Source: Candidatus Thalassarchaeum betae
GTDB taxonomy: Archaea > Thermoplasmatota > Poseidoniia > Poseidoniales > Thalassarchaeaceae
Assembly: GCA_022447095.1 (NCBI GenBank)
Contig: JAKUUP010000006.1
Span: 2,123-66,122 of the forward strand
DNA: 64,000 nt
Direction of reading: 5' to 3'
Under the pieces are notes generated by a model. The model was not told the origin of the DNA, did not search any database, and worked only from the letters and a program-made list of their open reading frames with translations. Below are positions 1 through 8,445 of the stretch, one piece after another (position 1 is the first letter of the stretch; every line of letters begins with the position of its first letter). A program made the translations under genes and the position numbers.

Positions 1-830
1 TGCGTGAGGACAGGGGGGAGATCGAGGCAGCAAGCAAAGGAGCAACCGGCCTGCCTGATTTGATCGAGCCGGAAGAAATCAAGGGCGCACTGCACAATCA
101 CACAGTGGCTTCGGATGGCACGGCGACACTCGAGGAGATGGCAGCCGCGGCAATGGAACTAGGATGGGAGTACCTCGGTATCGCGGACCACTCTGAGGCC
201 CTGAATATCGGAGGGCGGCAGATAGGAGTCCCCGGGTCTGAGGTAGCAGCACAGTCTGACGCCATACGCGTCCTGAACGACCAGTGGCGTGATGAGGGAG
301 TAGACTTCCGACTGCTACACGGCAGTGAATGCGATATCCTCGTAGACGGCAGCCTGGACTACACCGACAAGATTCGTCGGTCCCTGACCCACGTGGTTGG
401 CAGCGTCCATGCTCTCGGAAGCTGGCGCGGCCGGGACGAGATAGCCAACACCGAGGCACTGACCAAGGCCGTCGAAAACCCGACTTTCACAATCCTAGGT
501 CACCCGACTGGACGCATCCTTCAGGGTAGGGAGGGCTTTCCCGTCGACATGCATGCTGTGCTCCGCCGGATGGGAGAGCTGAATGCCGAGGGTGAGTTGA
601 AGGCCGTGGAAATCAACGCCTCTCCATATCGCCTCGACCTCGACTGGAGGCTGTGCAAGTACGCCAAGGAGCAAGGAGTCCCAGTGTGCATCAACCCCGA
701 CGCACATGATACCGACGGACTGCAGGACGTGTGGTTCGGCGTCCAAATGGCCCGCAAGGGCTGGCTCAGTGCTGCAGACGTGCTCAACACCCGCAGTGGA
801 GCCGAGATTGAACAGTTGTTCGGACTGTGA
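1..830 (+). CDS. PHP-domain phosphoesterase, 5'-truncated at the window edge (likely C-terminal PHP domain of a PolX-family DNA polymerase)
   Basis: The reading frame is open from nt 3 with no stop, and the listed ORF begins at an internal TTG at 60. The motif LIEPEEIKGALHNHTVASDG...IADHSE is the HxH..D start of a PHP domain as found after the pol-beta-like core of PolX. Confidence 0.6.
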   Translation, partial: REDRGEIEAASKGATGLPDLIEPEEIKGALHNHTVASDGTATLEEMAAAAMELGWEYLGIADHSEALNIGGRQIGVPGSEVAAQSDAIRVLNDQWRDEGVDFRLLHGSECDILVDGSLDYTDKIRRSLTHVVGSVHALGSWRGRDEIANTEALTKAVENPTFTILGHPTGRILQGREGFPVDMHAVLRRMGELNAEGELKAVEINASPYRLDLDWRLCKYAKEQGVPVCINPDAHDTDGLQDVWFGVQMARKGWLSAADVLNTRSGAEIEQLFGL

Positions 831-1069
831 CGAACCTTCATCAGATGACTAGGGGAGGATGGTGCATGCGACTGATGCGCGCCACCGTCTTCGCTGCTGT
901 CGCAGTCATCCCCAGTATCTTACTGGCACTAGCGGCATATCTGATGCTCGGAGGGCCATCCCAATCGACCGAATGGGAGGCCTGGATGTACGGCCCGTGC
1001 TACGGGGTTCCCGGACTATGCATCGCCGCCGCTTTCGTATTGGGCCTCAGAGGGGACACGGAGGAGTAG
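827..1069 (+). CDS. small 2-TM membrane protein (80 aa), hypothetical
   Basis: GTG start overlaps the upstream stop. Two hydrophobic helices. It is wedged between the PHP gene and nth; the nth ATG at 1072 follows its stop. Confidence 0.3.
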   Translation: MTNLHQMTRGGWCMRLMRATVFAAVAVIPSILLALAAYLMLGGPSQSTEWEAWMYGPCYGVPGLCIAAAFVLGLRGDTEE

Positions 1070-1071
1070 CG

Positions 1072-1719
1072 ATGCGCCGAGCTGAGAAGGCGCGCAGGGC
1101 CGGCGAGATACTCGATGAACTCTACCCCGAGCAACCAATCCCGCTCCACCATGCCGATCCTTACACTCTGCTAGTTGCAGTGATGCTGTCAGCGCAGACC
1201 ACAGACAAGAAGGTCAACGAGGTCACTCCGGCCCTTTTTGCGGTTGCCGACACACCCGAGCAGATGGCTGAACTACAGGTCGACGAGATACACGGCATCA
1301 TCCGCGAAATCGGCCTCGCGCCGACCAAGGCGAGGAACCTCCGCAGGATGGCCGAGCAGATAGTCGCTGACGGCGGCGGCGTGCGCCCAGACTGGGAATT
1401 CCTTGAATCGCTCGCCGGCGTCGGCCACAAGACCGCCAGTGTGCTGATGGCTCAGGCATTTGGAGTGCCAGCCTTCCCTGTAGACACCCATATTCACCGG
1501 CTGGCTGCACGCTGGGGCTTGTCTAACGGACGCAACGTAGTCCAGACAGAACGTGACCTGAAGTCGTTGTTCTCGAAAGACTCCTGGATACGCCGTCACC
1601 TGCAAATCATATACTTCGGTAGGGAGCACTGCCCAGCCCTCCGTCACGACCTCACCGAGTGTCCGATATGCTCGTGGGCGGCTACTAAGAAGCGCATCCG
1701 CGAGGAAATGGGCGGCTGA
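1072..1719 (+). CDS. nth: endonuclease III (HhH-GPD DNA glycosylase with C-terminal 4Fe-4S cluster)
   Basis: The internal ATG at 1072 (MRRAEKARRAGEILDELYPE) gives a typical ~216 aa Nth. Signature LLVAVMLSAQTTDKKVN, HhH LPGVGHKTA, and C-terminal Cys ligands CPALRHDLTECPIC. Confidence 0.85.
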   Translation: MRRAEKARRAGEILDELYPEQPIPLHHADPYTLLVAVMLSAQTTDKKVNEVTPALFAVADTPEQMAELQVDEIHGIIREIGLAPTKARNLRRMAEQIVADGGGVRPDWEFLESLAGVGHKTASVLMAQAFGVPAFPVDTHIHRLAARWGLSNGRNVVQTERDLKSLFSKDSWIRRHLQIIYFGREHCPALRHDLTECPICSWAATKKRIREEMGG

Positions 1720-1762
1720 GCCCCACCGTCGGCTTTGTATTCACGAGAGTATTCGCAACGGC

Positions 1763-2245
1763 ATGGCGAACCCCGTGGAACTGGCCGTGGGTGAAAACGC
1801 GCCCAACTTCGAGGCTACCGTGACCGATGGAAACACCATCGGACTATCTGAGATGTTAAGTTCGGGAGACGGTGTGATACTGTACTTCTATCCACGCGAC
1901 AACACCTCTGGATGCACCGTCCAAGCCTGCGACTTCCGCGACAACTTCGGAAGGTTCAATGAATCTGGATGGAAAGTCATCGGTGTCTCTACCGATTCTG
2001 CGAAAAGTCATCAGAAGTTCACCGACAAGAACAACCTGCCTTTCGAGTTGATAGTCGACGAGGATGCCTCACTGCACGAGGCCTACGGCACTTGGAGGGA
2101 GAAGAACATGTACGGCAAGACGTACATGGGAACTCTGCGCTCGACTTTCGTAATCAGCCCCGATGGAACACTGCGCTGGGTGCGCTACAAGGTCAGCCCA
2201 AAGGGGCACGTAGAGCAGTTGATGTCGGATCTGAATGTGGCGTGA
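1763..2245 (+). CDS. bcp: peroxiredoxin, Bcp/PrxQ type (thiol peroxidase)
   Basis: GENAPNFEA...LYFYPRDNTSGCTVQACDFRD matches the Bcp active site (peroxidatic Cys in T/S-x-x-C); 160 aa. Confidence 0.85.
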   Translation: MANPVELAVGENAPNFEATVTDGNTIGLSEMLSSGDGVILYFYPRDNTSGCTVQACDFRDNFGRFNESGWKVIGVSTDSAKSHQKFTDKNNLPFELIVDEDASLHEAYGTWREKNMYGKTYMGTLRSTFVISPDGTLRWVRYKVSPKGHVEQLMSDLNVA

Positions 2246-2498
2246 TAGTATGGATGTGGATGAGCGCCGTGAGTTGATCGAACTATTCCTACGGCGTTGC
2301 GTTACCTACGCTGACGCCTCCATCGACCGCAAGAAGCAGCGTGGCGAGGACGAGGGGATCATCGCCCAGTGGCTCGCATACCGCGACTTCACCGAGCACG
2401 CCGCCGCAGAAGTCGCTTCTGGTGTCTTGGACACTTGGCTGGAGGACGGCCCGATGCCTGGCGAGGACGACTCTCAGACCTCGGATTCAGGCAACTGA
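2235..2498 (+). CDS. hypothetical small acidic protein (87 aa)
   Basis: ORF only; no recognisable motif; overlaps the bcp stop. Confidence 0.25.
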   Translation: MWRDSMDVDERRELIELFLRRCVTYADASIDRKKQRGEDEGIIAQWLAYRDFTEHAAAEVASGVLDTWLEDGPMPGEDDSQTSDSGN

Positions 2499-2950
2499 TT
2501 CCAGATGGCCATGCCGAGTTTGTGCCGAACGGTGTCTACTCTCATCCGGGCCCCTGCCACCATGAGCAACGTATCTGATTCGTTCAGGGAGAACACCGGA
2601 TAACCGATACTCTCGCCCATGTCCTGGATTCGCCTCTTGCACACGTCCTGCTGGCTCGGCATGTGAGTCAGTGATCCGAGGTCGACTAGAAGCATGTCGC
2701 CCTCGGCTAGGTTCTGCTCGACTCCGTTCAAGGGGAGTCGATGCAGGTCATCGGGTTTCATGTAGACAACTTGGCGGTTGGGTCGGGGCGTAATCCTGCT
2801 GGTACGCTCGGACCACACGTCTTCCCCAAGGTCGTGGAACTTGTCATCAGCTTGGGGTCCGGGGTCCACAGACACCACCTTGGCCTTCGATGGGTGATTC
2901 TGAACCTTGGAGGGATCAGGCAATCCCAGCAGTCTGAACAGGTTGACCAT
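2474..2950 (-). CDS. conserved hypothetical protein (158 aa)
   Basis: Clean ORF co-oriented with and 15 nt downstream of the giant surface protein gene; no family assigned from sequence alone. Confidence 0.4.
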   Translation of the reverse strand: MVNLFRLLGLPDPSKVQNHPSKAKVVSVDPGPQADDKFHDLGEDVWSERTSRITPRPNRQVVYMKPDDLHRLPLNGVEQNLAEGDMLLVDLGSLTHMPSQQDVCKRRIQDMGESIGYPVFSLNESDTLLMVAGARMRVDTVRHKLGMAIWNQLPESEV

Positions 2951-2964
2951 GGGCCCGGCTGCAT

Positions 2965-5900
2965 CTAATCCTCAAAGAGTGCTTCGATGTCTTCATCGTC
3001 AAGAGCCTCATCTAGCGATGCCGGTGCTAATTCCGACTCCTCTTCTTCCAGCTCGTCTTGGTGCGGCGCCTCACCGGTCAATTCCTCGAATGCATGGGCG
3101 ATATCTGCCTCCATCTTCTGCGGATCCTTCGGTTCCATTGGCTCCGGGATAATCGGCCCGACCCCCCTCCCGGACTTCTTCGGTCCTGACTCTCCCTTCT
3201 CGGCGTCGAAAGGGTCGTACTCAGGGTCGTCGAAGGCATCGTCCATCGAGATGCGCTTACCCTTGCGACGCGACCTATCTTCGAACACTGGAGCCTCGAT
3301 GACGATTTCAGGCGGACGCAGTCTCTGCATCAGCAGTGCACCGAGTATCGCTATCAAACCGAGCAGTCCGATGTATATCCCGTAGGCTGAGACTAAACCG
3401 CTAAGGCTGAATGGTGCTTTCTGGACTTGGATGACTAGGGTGATCGAAGACCCATGGCCCTCATCGAAGGCAGTCATCTGCACCGTCCTAGTGCCCTCGC
3501 CGTCGAAACTGACCTCTACCCACATGCCGGACCTGTCGTGGTCGTTTGCGGGGTCTCCGTCCCCATCACTATCCTCGTGTATATCGAGATCCCAGATGTA
3601 GATCATGTTCTCCATGTCGTACTCGGAGTCCGTGGTTCCATTGGCTGAGAGGAATATTACATCGCCTTCGGTTGGGTTGTCATCACTAGTAGTGGCGCGT
3701 GCCACTGGATCGAGGTTGTTTACATCTAACGAGATGGCGATGTAGTCCCGGGCACCGTCATCATCGGTGACGTGGAACACGATGTAGTCGGGGGCGGTGG
3801 TCGCATCTGCCCACGCATGAGCGAGGTGCCGCGACTCCACATCGCAATCATCGCTCTCATTGCCTTCGGAATCGGAGTCGGTGTACGGGTCTAGATCGAA
3901 GCAGTGTATGAGGTTCGGCAGGTCTCCCATGGTGTCGGTGACTTCGACAGACAACTGGACCAACTGGTCTTCTGCGACGGGAAGCAGCGTCGCTATAGGG
4001 GCAATAGACGGGGCCACGTTGTTGACCGTGATTGGCACAATCATCGTTTCTGTGCTCGCACCGTCGTCATCGACTATCTGTAGGGTGGCTAGATGCTGGC
4101 CTGAGGTTTGGTAGGTGTGTTCGATGGTGCTGTAGTGGCCGACACTGCTGATCACCAGTTCGGGATCAAGCTCCGCATCGGGCGACCAGTGATGCTGGTG
4201 GCCGTCAAGATCGTTCTCCGAGTCATCTGCCCAGCCCCTCAGAATCAGGATATCTCCCTCGTTGACGAAGTACCTGCCTACACTGTCGGGGATTAGTCGG
4301 TTCGGACCTATCCATATCTCGTTTTGAGGATTGGTTGGGGCGATGTTGGTCACATCGAGGGTGAGGGAGACCTCAGTTGTCGCCCCATCATCGTCCATGG
4401 CCGTGACCGAGATTGTGTAGGTTCCTTCTGCATCTGGTGTAATGGTGCATCTAACGCCGACTTGCCCCTCTTCACAGGGCGAGTGCCACTGAATGTCGAC
4501 GGGAGCATCGGGATTCTGAGTGTCGAGATCACCGCTCTCTATGACGTCGAAGGTCACGGGAGACAATACTGGGACGGAGTCCAGATTGGAGCCGATAGCA
4601 ACATCAGGTGGTCGGTTAAGGATGGTGATGGGTGCCTCTGCGTAAGCCTGATCGCTCTCATCGTCTGTGATGGTCACAGTCACGAGGAAGGTACCGTCGT
4701 CGTCCCAGGTGTACTCGTGAATGCAGTCCTCCTCTGATGAGGTCGAGACGCCCCCATCCAATTCTTCAACACTGAATTCGCATGTAACGACGCCTCCGTC
4801 GGGGTCGTACGATGAAAGCCCATTGAACGTGACCTCGGCAAGTGTGAGCGCCTCGGACACTATCGACAGTGACGCGGTTGGCATGCTCCCGACGAACAGG
4901 GAGAACGAACCTTCGTTGTTCGAGCGGTTGCCGTCGGTCGTAATCTGCTCGTCGGGATCGACGACGAAGGATAGGCTGATGTCGCCGTAGAGGTGGTTCT
5001 CGGGAACCGTCCAACTCACGTTCACCCTAGATTCCTCAAGACTCGACAGGCTAGGCACGGAGGTCGAGGAGGTTGAGCCATCGGGGGCCTCTACCCTCAG
5101 AGTGGTCACAGGCGAGTTGATAATTCCTCTATTGAGGACCGGTACGCTGAATATCAGTTGGTCGCCGGAAATTGCGTTGAATCCTATGTTCGAATCGAGC
5201 GTCACCGTCCTGTTGCCCCTCGTCCGCTCAACAGTGACGCCCTCGGAGCGTGCCACCAGATCCACCTGATGAACATCCGGATCGATAGTAATCGTGGCAG
5301 CACCTATGATTTTCTCACCGGTTATCCAAGCCAGCACGCCGTGACTGCCGAGATCCGACTCGCTCTCGGTATCGTCAGCCAAGTGTCCTGTGTCGAAGGT
5401 GACGAATGCCGAGCCGTTGCTGGCTGTGGTCACGTTCTGAACATCTCCTCCGATCTCGTACCGAAACTCTAGGCTCTGCCCTGCCAGTGGCAGGCTCGCA
5501 CCCCCAGTTCCGCTGAAACTAGTTGCATTGACCCATGCGGACATCTCGAAGTCCACCGGTGAGAGGGGGTGGGCGACTTCGACGGAGATCTGCTTATAGC
5601 GCCCTGCCGGCTGATAAGACGTGAGCTCGTGGTCGGCGTAGATCCCTACTCCTGCAATGGCCGTAGAGGTGCGAATATCACCACGAATTGCAGGGCAGAA
5701 CCACTTGTAACCGGTCTGGTGCTTGATAGTATTGACGTGGTCGTAGTTGGTGATGTTGTACGATTGCGCACAGCCGCTATAGAAGGTTCCAGGATAGCCC
5801 CTGCTGACGACCTCCCAACTGGTGGTGTTGCTACTGCTACTGTCCGATGGGATGGTTACGTAGTCGCTTGTGCCACTGAAGTCGTTAACTTGGGCGTAGT

Positions 5901-6552
5901 CGGTTTCCCACTCCTCTCCGACGCTGATCGGGAAGTCGTAGCCCTCCAGGGGTGGCGAGTAACTGGTATCGGCGACCATGTCGGCAACGTGGATAGTTGT
6001 GGTCCACCACAGTATCTGGACGATGAAGTCGATATCGAAAGCAGCAGTGTATTGAATAGACGCTAGGTCGGAGGCACGAAATATCTCCTCGGTATCCATC
6101 CAGACTGCTAGGTCGCCATTGTTCCCGTCGAGATTTACGTTCTCGGCCTCGTAGTAGCCATTAGACTCCACTCTGTAGACTAAGGTGTCCACGCCAGCTA
6201 CGTCCATTTCGTAGATGCCCGCGACTCTCTGGGTCAGAGTACCATCGAGGAACTCGATATTTGTAGTGACTCCAGAACTGGCGACAAAATCACGAACATC
6301 TAGGTATCCGTCGTAGTTCCAAATGTCGTTTATCTTCCAAGAGGGGACATCGACCAGATTAGTGGTTCTGACGGACGATTCCATCATACGGAAGTCGTAG
6401 AGCTCCTCAGACTCTGCATCTTGAGCCATGAAAACGCCGGACTGAGCCGACATCAGCATCAGTATCGCAAGCCCAAGAGCGAGACTCGCACGCGTGCGCA
6501 TGCCTCGCCGGAACGGCGAGGGACGCATCAATTTCACCCCTACGGGCCTCAA
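2965..6552 (-). CDS. giant acidic cell-surface protein (about 1180 aa): Sec signal peptide, PKD/Ig-like repeats, single C-terminal TM helix and a ~180-aa poly-acidic cytoplasmic tail
   Basis: The listed ORF starts at a TTG at 6552; in-frame ATGs at 6528 and 6501 give a classic signal peptide MRTRASLALGLAILMLMSAQS. The body is Asp/Thr/Ser rich with repeated beta-sandwich-like segments. TM IYIGLLGLIAILGALLM, then tail ending EALDDEDIEALFED. Confidence 0.7.
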   Translation of the reverse strand: MRPVGVKLMRPSPFRRGMRTRASLALGLAILMLMSAQSGVFMAQDAESEELYDFRMMESSVRTTNLVDVPSWKINDIWNYDGYLDVRDFVASSGVTTNIEFLDGTLTQRVAGIYEMDVAGVDTLVYRVESNGYYEAENVNLDGNNGDLAVWMDTEEIFRASDLASIQYTAAFDIDFIVQILWWTTTIHVADMVADTSYSPPLEGYDFPISVGEEWETDYAQVNDFSGTSDYVTIPSDSSSSNTTSWEVVSRGYPGTFYSGCAQSYNITNYDHVNTIKHQTGYKWFCPAIRGDIRTSTAIAGVGIYADHELTSYQPAGRYKQISVEVAHPLSPVDFEMSAWVNATSFSGTGGASLPLAGQSLEFRYEIGGDVQNVTTASNGSAFVTFDTGHLADDTESESDLGSHGVLAWITGEKIIGAATITIDPDVHQVDLVARSEGVTVERTRGNRTVTLDSNIGFNAISGDQLIFSVPVLNRGIINSPVTTLRVEAPDGSTSSTSVPSLSSLEESRVNVSWTVPENHLYGDISLSFVVDPDEQITTDGNRSNNEGSFSLFVGSMPTASLSIVSEALTLAEVTFNGLSSYDPDGGVVTCEFSVEELDGGVSTSSEEDCIHEYTWDDDGTFLVTVTITDDESDQAYAEAPITILNRPPDVAIGSNLDSVPVLSPVTFDVIESGDLDTQNPDAPVDIQWHSPCEEGQVGVRCTITPDAEGTYTISVTAMDDDGATTEVSLTLDVTNIAPTNPQNEIWIGPNRLIPDSVGRYFVNEGDILILRGWADDSENDLDGHQHHWSPDAELDPELVISSVGHYSTIEHTYQTSGQHLATLQIVDDDGASTETMIVPITVNNVAPSIAPIATLLPVAEDQLVQLSVEVTDTMGDLPNLIHCFDLDPYTDSDSEGNESDDCDVESRHLAHAWADATTAPDYIVFHVTDDDGARDYIAISLDVNNLDPVARATTSDDNPTEGDVIFLSANGTTDSEYDMENMIYIWDLDIHEDSDGDGDPANDHDRSGMWVEVSFDGEGTRTVQMTAFDEGHGSSITLVIQVQKAPFSLSGLVSAYGIYIGLLGLIAILGALLMQRLRPPEIVIEAPVFEDRSRRKGKRISMDDAFDDPEYDPFDAEKGESGPKKSGRGVGPIIPEPMEPKDPQKMEADIAHAFEELTGEAPHQDELEEEESELAPASLDEALDDEDIEALFED

Positions 6553-7269
6553 CTAGTACAGCAGGTCCGCCAACTCATCCTGGATGAATTGGACCGCTTC
6601 TAGGATCTCGTCCTTGTGCCGAGCACCGGTGATGACCATCTTGCCGCTGCCGAAGATCAGGCAGACGACCTTGGGGTAGTCCAGGCGGTAGATGAGACCA
6701 GGAAACTGCTCAGGCTCGTACTCGACCTTGTCGAAGGGCAGGTGGAAGGTGAGGTTGTTCAGATTCAACTTGCGGGGCAGCGCCGCCAAGGGCTCGCCCT
6801 CGCGGATACCTCGGATGCGTGGGTCTTCGTCAGCCACCTCCTCATCGGTAGCGGCGCGCATCCCCTCGGGAGCGTCGATGACACGGGTGTTGTTGTCATC
6901 CATCCTAGCCACTCCCTTGTACTCTTCAGGGTAGAACAGAGAGTAGGTGGCGACCATGTTCTGAACCTCGATCTCGACGTCCTTGAGATCCCAGGTCTCG
7001 ATTCCCGCAGCCCTTAGGTCATGAGTCATCATCTCGATACCGGTCTGGATGTTATCCTCGTTCTTGCCGCCCGTGCAGACCGCTCTCCCAGAACGGAACA
7101 TCAGGATAGCGAGTTTGGGCTCTTTCACTCTGTATACGACACCCGGGAATTGTTCGGGCTCGTACTCGCAGTTCAGTTGGATGGCTATGTCTGGAAGGTC
7201 GAGTTCCTCCGCCACTCTGGTGGAGGCGACCACATTGACGACAGTGAGTCGCTCTTCGTCGCTTAGCAT
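6553..7269 (-). CDS. tbp: TATA-box-binding protein with an atypical ~55-aa acidic insertion in repeat 2
   Basis: Two TBP repeats: VVNVVAST...EYEPEQFPGVVYRV...LMFRSGRAVCTGGK and VQNMVATYS...EYEPEQFPGLIYRL...LIFGSGKMVITGAR. It is 238 aa versus a typical ~185 aa. Confidence 0.9.
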   Translation of the reverse strand: MLSDEERLTVVNVVASTRVAEELDLPDIAIQLNCEYEPEQFPGVVYRVKEPKLAILMFRSGRAVCTGGKNEDNIQTGIEMMTHDLRAAGIETWDLKDVEIEVQNMVATYSLFYPEEYKGVARMDDNNTRVIDAPEGMRAATDEEVADEDPRIRGIREGEPLAALPRKLNLNNLTFHLPFDKVEYEPEQFPGLIYRLDYPKVVCLIFGSGKMVITGARHKDEILEAVQFIQDELADLLY

Positions 7270-7290
7270 GGGCCGCGCACTTATATGCTA

Positions 7291-7298
7291 CTTATAAA
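7291..7298 (-). promoter_or_regulatory. TATA-like box for tbp (minus strand TTTATAAG about 25-30 nt upstream of the tbp ATG; leaderless-type promoter)
   Basis: Minus strand reads CCTTTATAAGTAGCATATAAGTGCGCGGCC-ATG. The AT-rich TATA stands out in GC-rich surroundings. Confidence 0.4.
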
Positions 7299-7351
7299 GG
7301 CTAGCGGATGAAAAGAACCCGGGTTTTCGATTGACTGAGACGATTTAGTCC

Positions 7352-8329
7352 CTAATTTTCCAGTAGATGCACCCCAGGGGCCCCGAGTCTCGATATCAGA
7401 GGCCTACCGCCGGCTATCTCGATAACCTCCGCGACCCTCTTGGGATTCTTGGTAAGGGCCACCATGCAACCGCCTCCGCCGGCGCCGGTGAGTTTGGCTC
7501 CCAGAGCGTGCTGCCTTGCGGCTTCTACAAGTCCTTCAAGGGCGGGACTACTGACTCCCAAGCGCTGCAATCTCTCATGGCACGCATCCATCGCCATACC
7601 TACTGCCTCAAGGTTGCCGGCAGACAGAGCAGTAAGCCCCGCTCGGGTGATCCTGTCTATGGCACTCATCTCGGCCTCGAGTCCCGGCTCCTCCTTGAGC
7701 AGGCTCGCCACTCCAGCGACCATCTTTCCAGTGGGTGAGGTATCTCCTGTGTAGCCAATCACTAGCCAGGCCTCTTCGAGATCCTCGGGCAGGTCGACCA
7801 CGTTGATCGACCACTCTCTCTCGCCCTCTGGAGTGGTCAGGCTCGCATCGAAGACGTGACGCGTCCCCTCGATTTGCTCACCCGAAACCACCACGCAGCC
7901 GCCAAGCGCGCTGGTTGCGGTATCGGTCGGACTGGCGCGCCCCTGTTGGGCCCGCGCCTCTGCCGAGTGTCCCATCCGGGCCAACTCGATGGGATCAAGG
8001 GGCCGCTCCGGTTTCAAGTGAGAGTGGAGCGCAGCGCCCATCGCATTGGATAGAGCTGCTGAGGATCCTAGGCCGGCGGACGAGAACAGGCTGCTCTTGA
8101 CCTCCATCTTCAGCGACGGCCCGTCGTACTGGAACACCTCATCGATGATATGGGAGATGTGAGGGTGCCGAGAGGAGTCGAAGGGAAGCCCTTCGAGAGT
8201 CCATCTCTCGGACTCCTCTATGCTGACTTCGACTCCGTTGTCTATGGCCACGGCCACCGCTGGGTGGCCGTACACCACGGCGTGCTCCCCGAAGAGGATG
8301 CACTTCCCCGGTGCGAATGCGCGCGCCAT
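7352..8329 (-). CDS. mvk: mevalonate kinase (GHMP kinase)
   Basis: The internal ATG at 8329 (MARAFAPGKCILFGEHAVVYG) gives ~325 aa. The GHMP motif SSAGLGSSAAL is present. The listed longer ORF (to 8479) has an implausible N-terminal extension. Confidence 0.85.
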   Translation of the reverse strand: MARAFAPGKCILFGEHAVVYGHPAVAVAIDNGVEVSIEESERWTLEGLPFDSSRHPHISHIIDEVFQYDGPSLKMEVKSSLFSSAGLGSSAALSNAMGAALHSHLKPERPLDPIELARMGHSAEARAQQGRASPTDTATSALGGCVVVSGEQIEGTRHVFDASLTTPEGEREWSINVVDLPEDLEEAWLVIGYTGDTSPTGKMVAGVASLLKEEPGLEAEMSAIDRITRAGLTALSAGNLEAVGMAMDACHERLQRLGVSSPALEGLVEAARQHALGAKLTGAGGGGCMVALTKNPKRVAEVIEIAGGRPLISRLGAPGVHLLEN

Positions 8330-8445
8330 GACGGTTGGTTGGGCCTTTGGGCCATGAGGGTTGGGTTGTCTGGAGGCGGTTGCTTCAAGGACGTACTGCG
8401 ACTCCGGTGGTGCTGTCAGGCGTAGCCTGAAAAGAGGGAGTTGCC

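Noticed and set aside
3454-6066. Multiple 60-165-aa plus-strand ORFs inside the giant surface-protein gene (for example 4324-4737, 5569-6066)
   Set aside because: They are antisense, high-GC read-throughs of a 3.6-kb coding region with a clear signal peptide and domain structure on the minus strand; there is no independent support.
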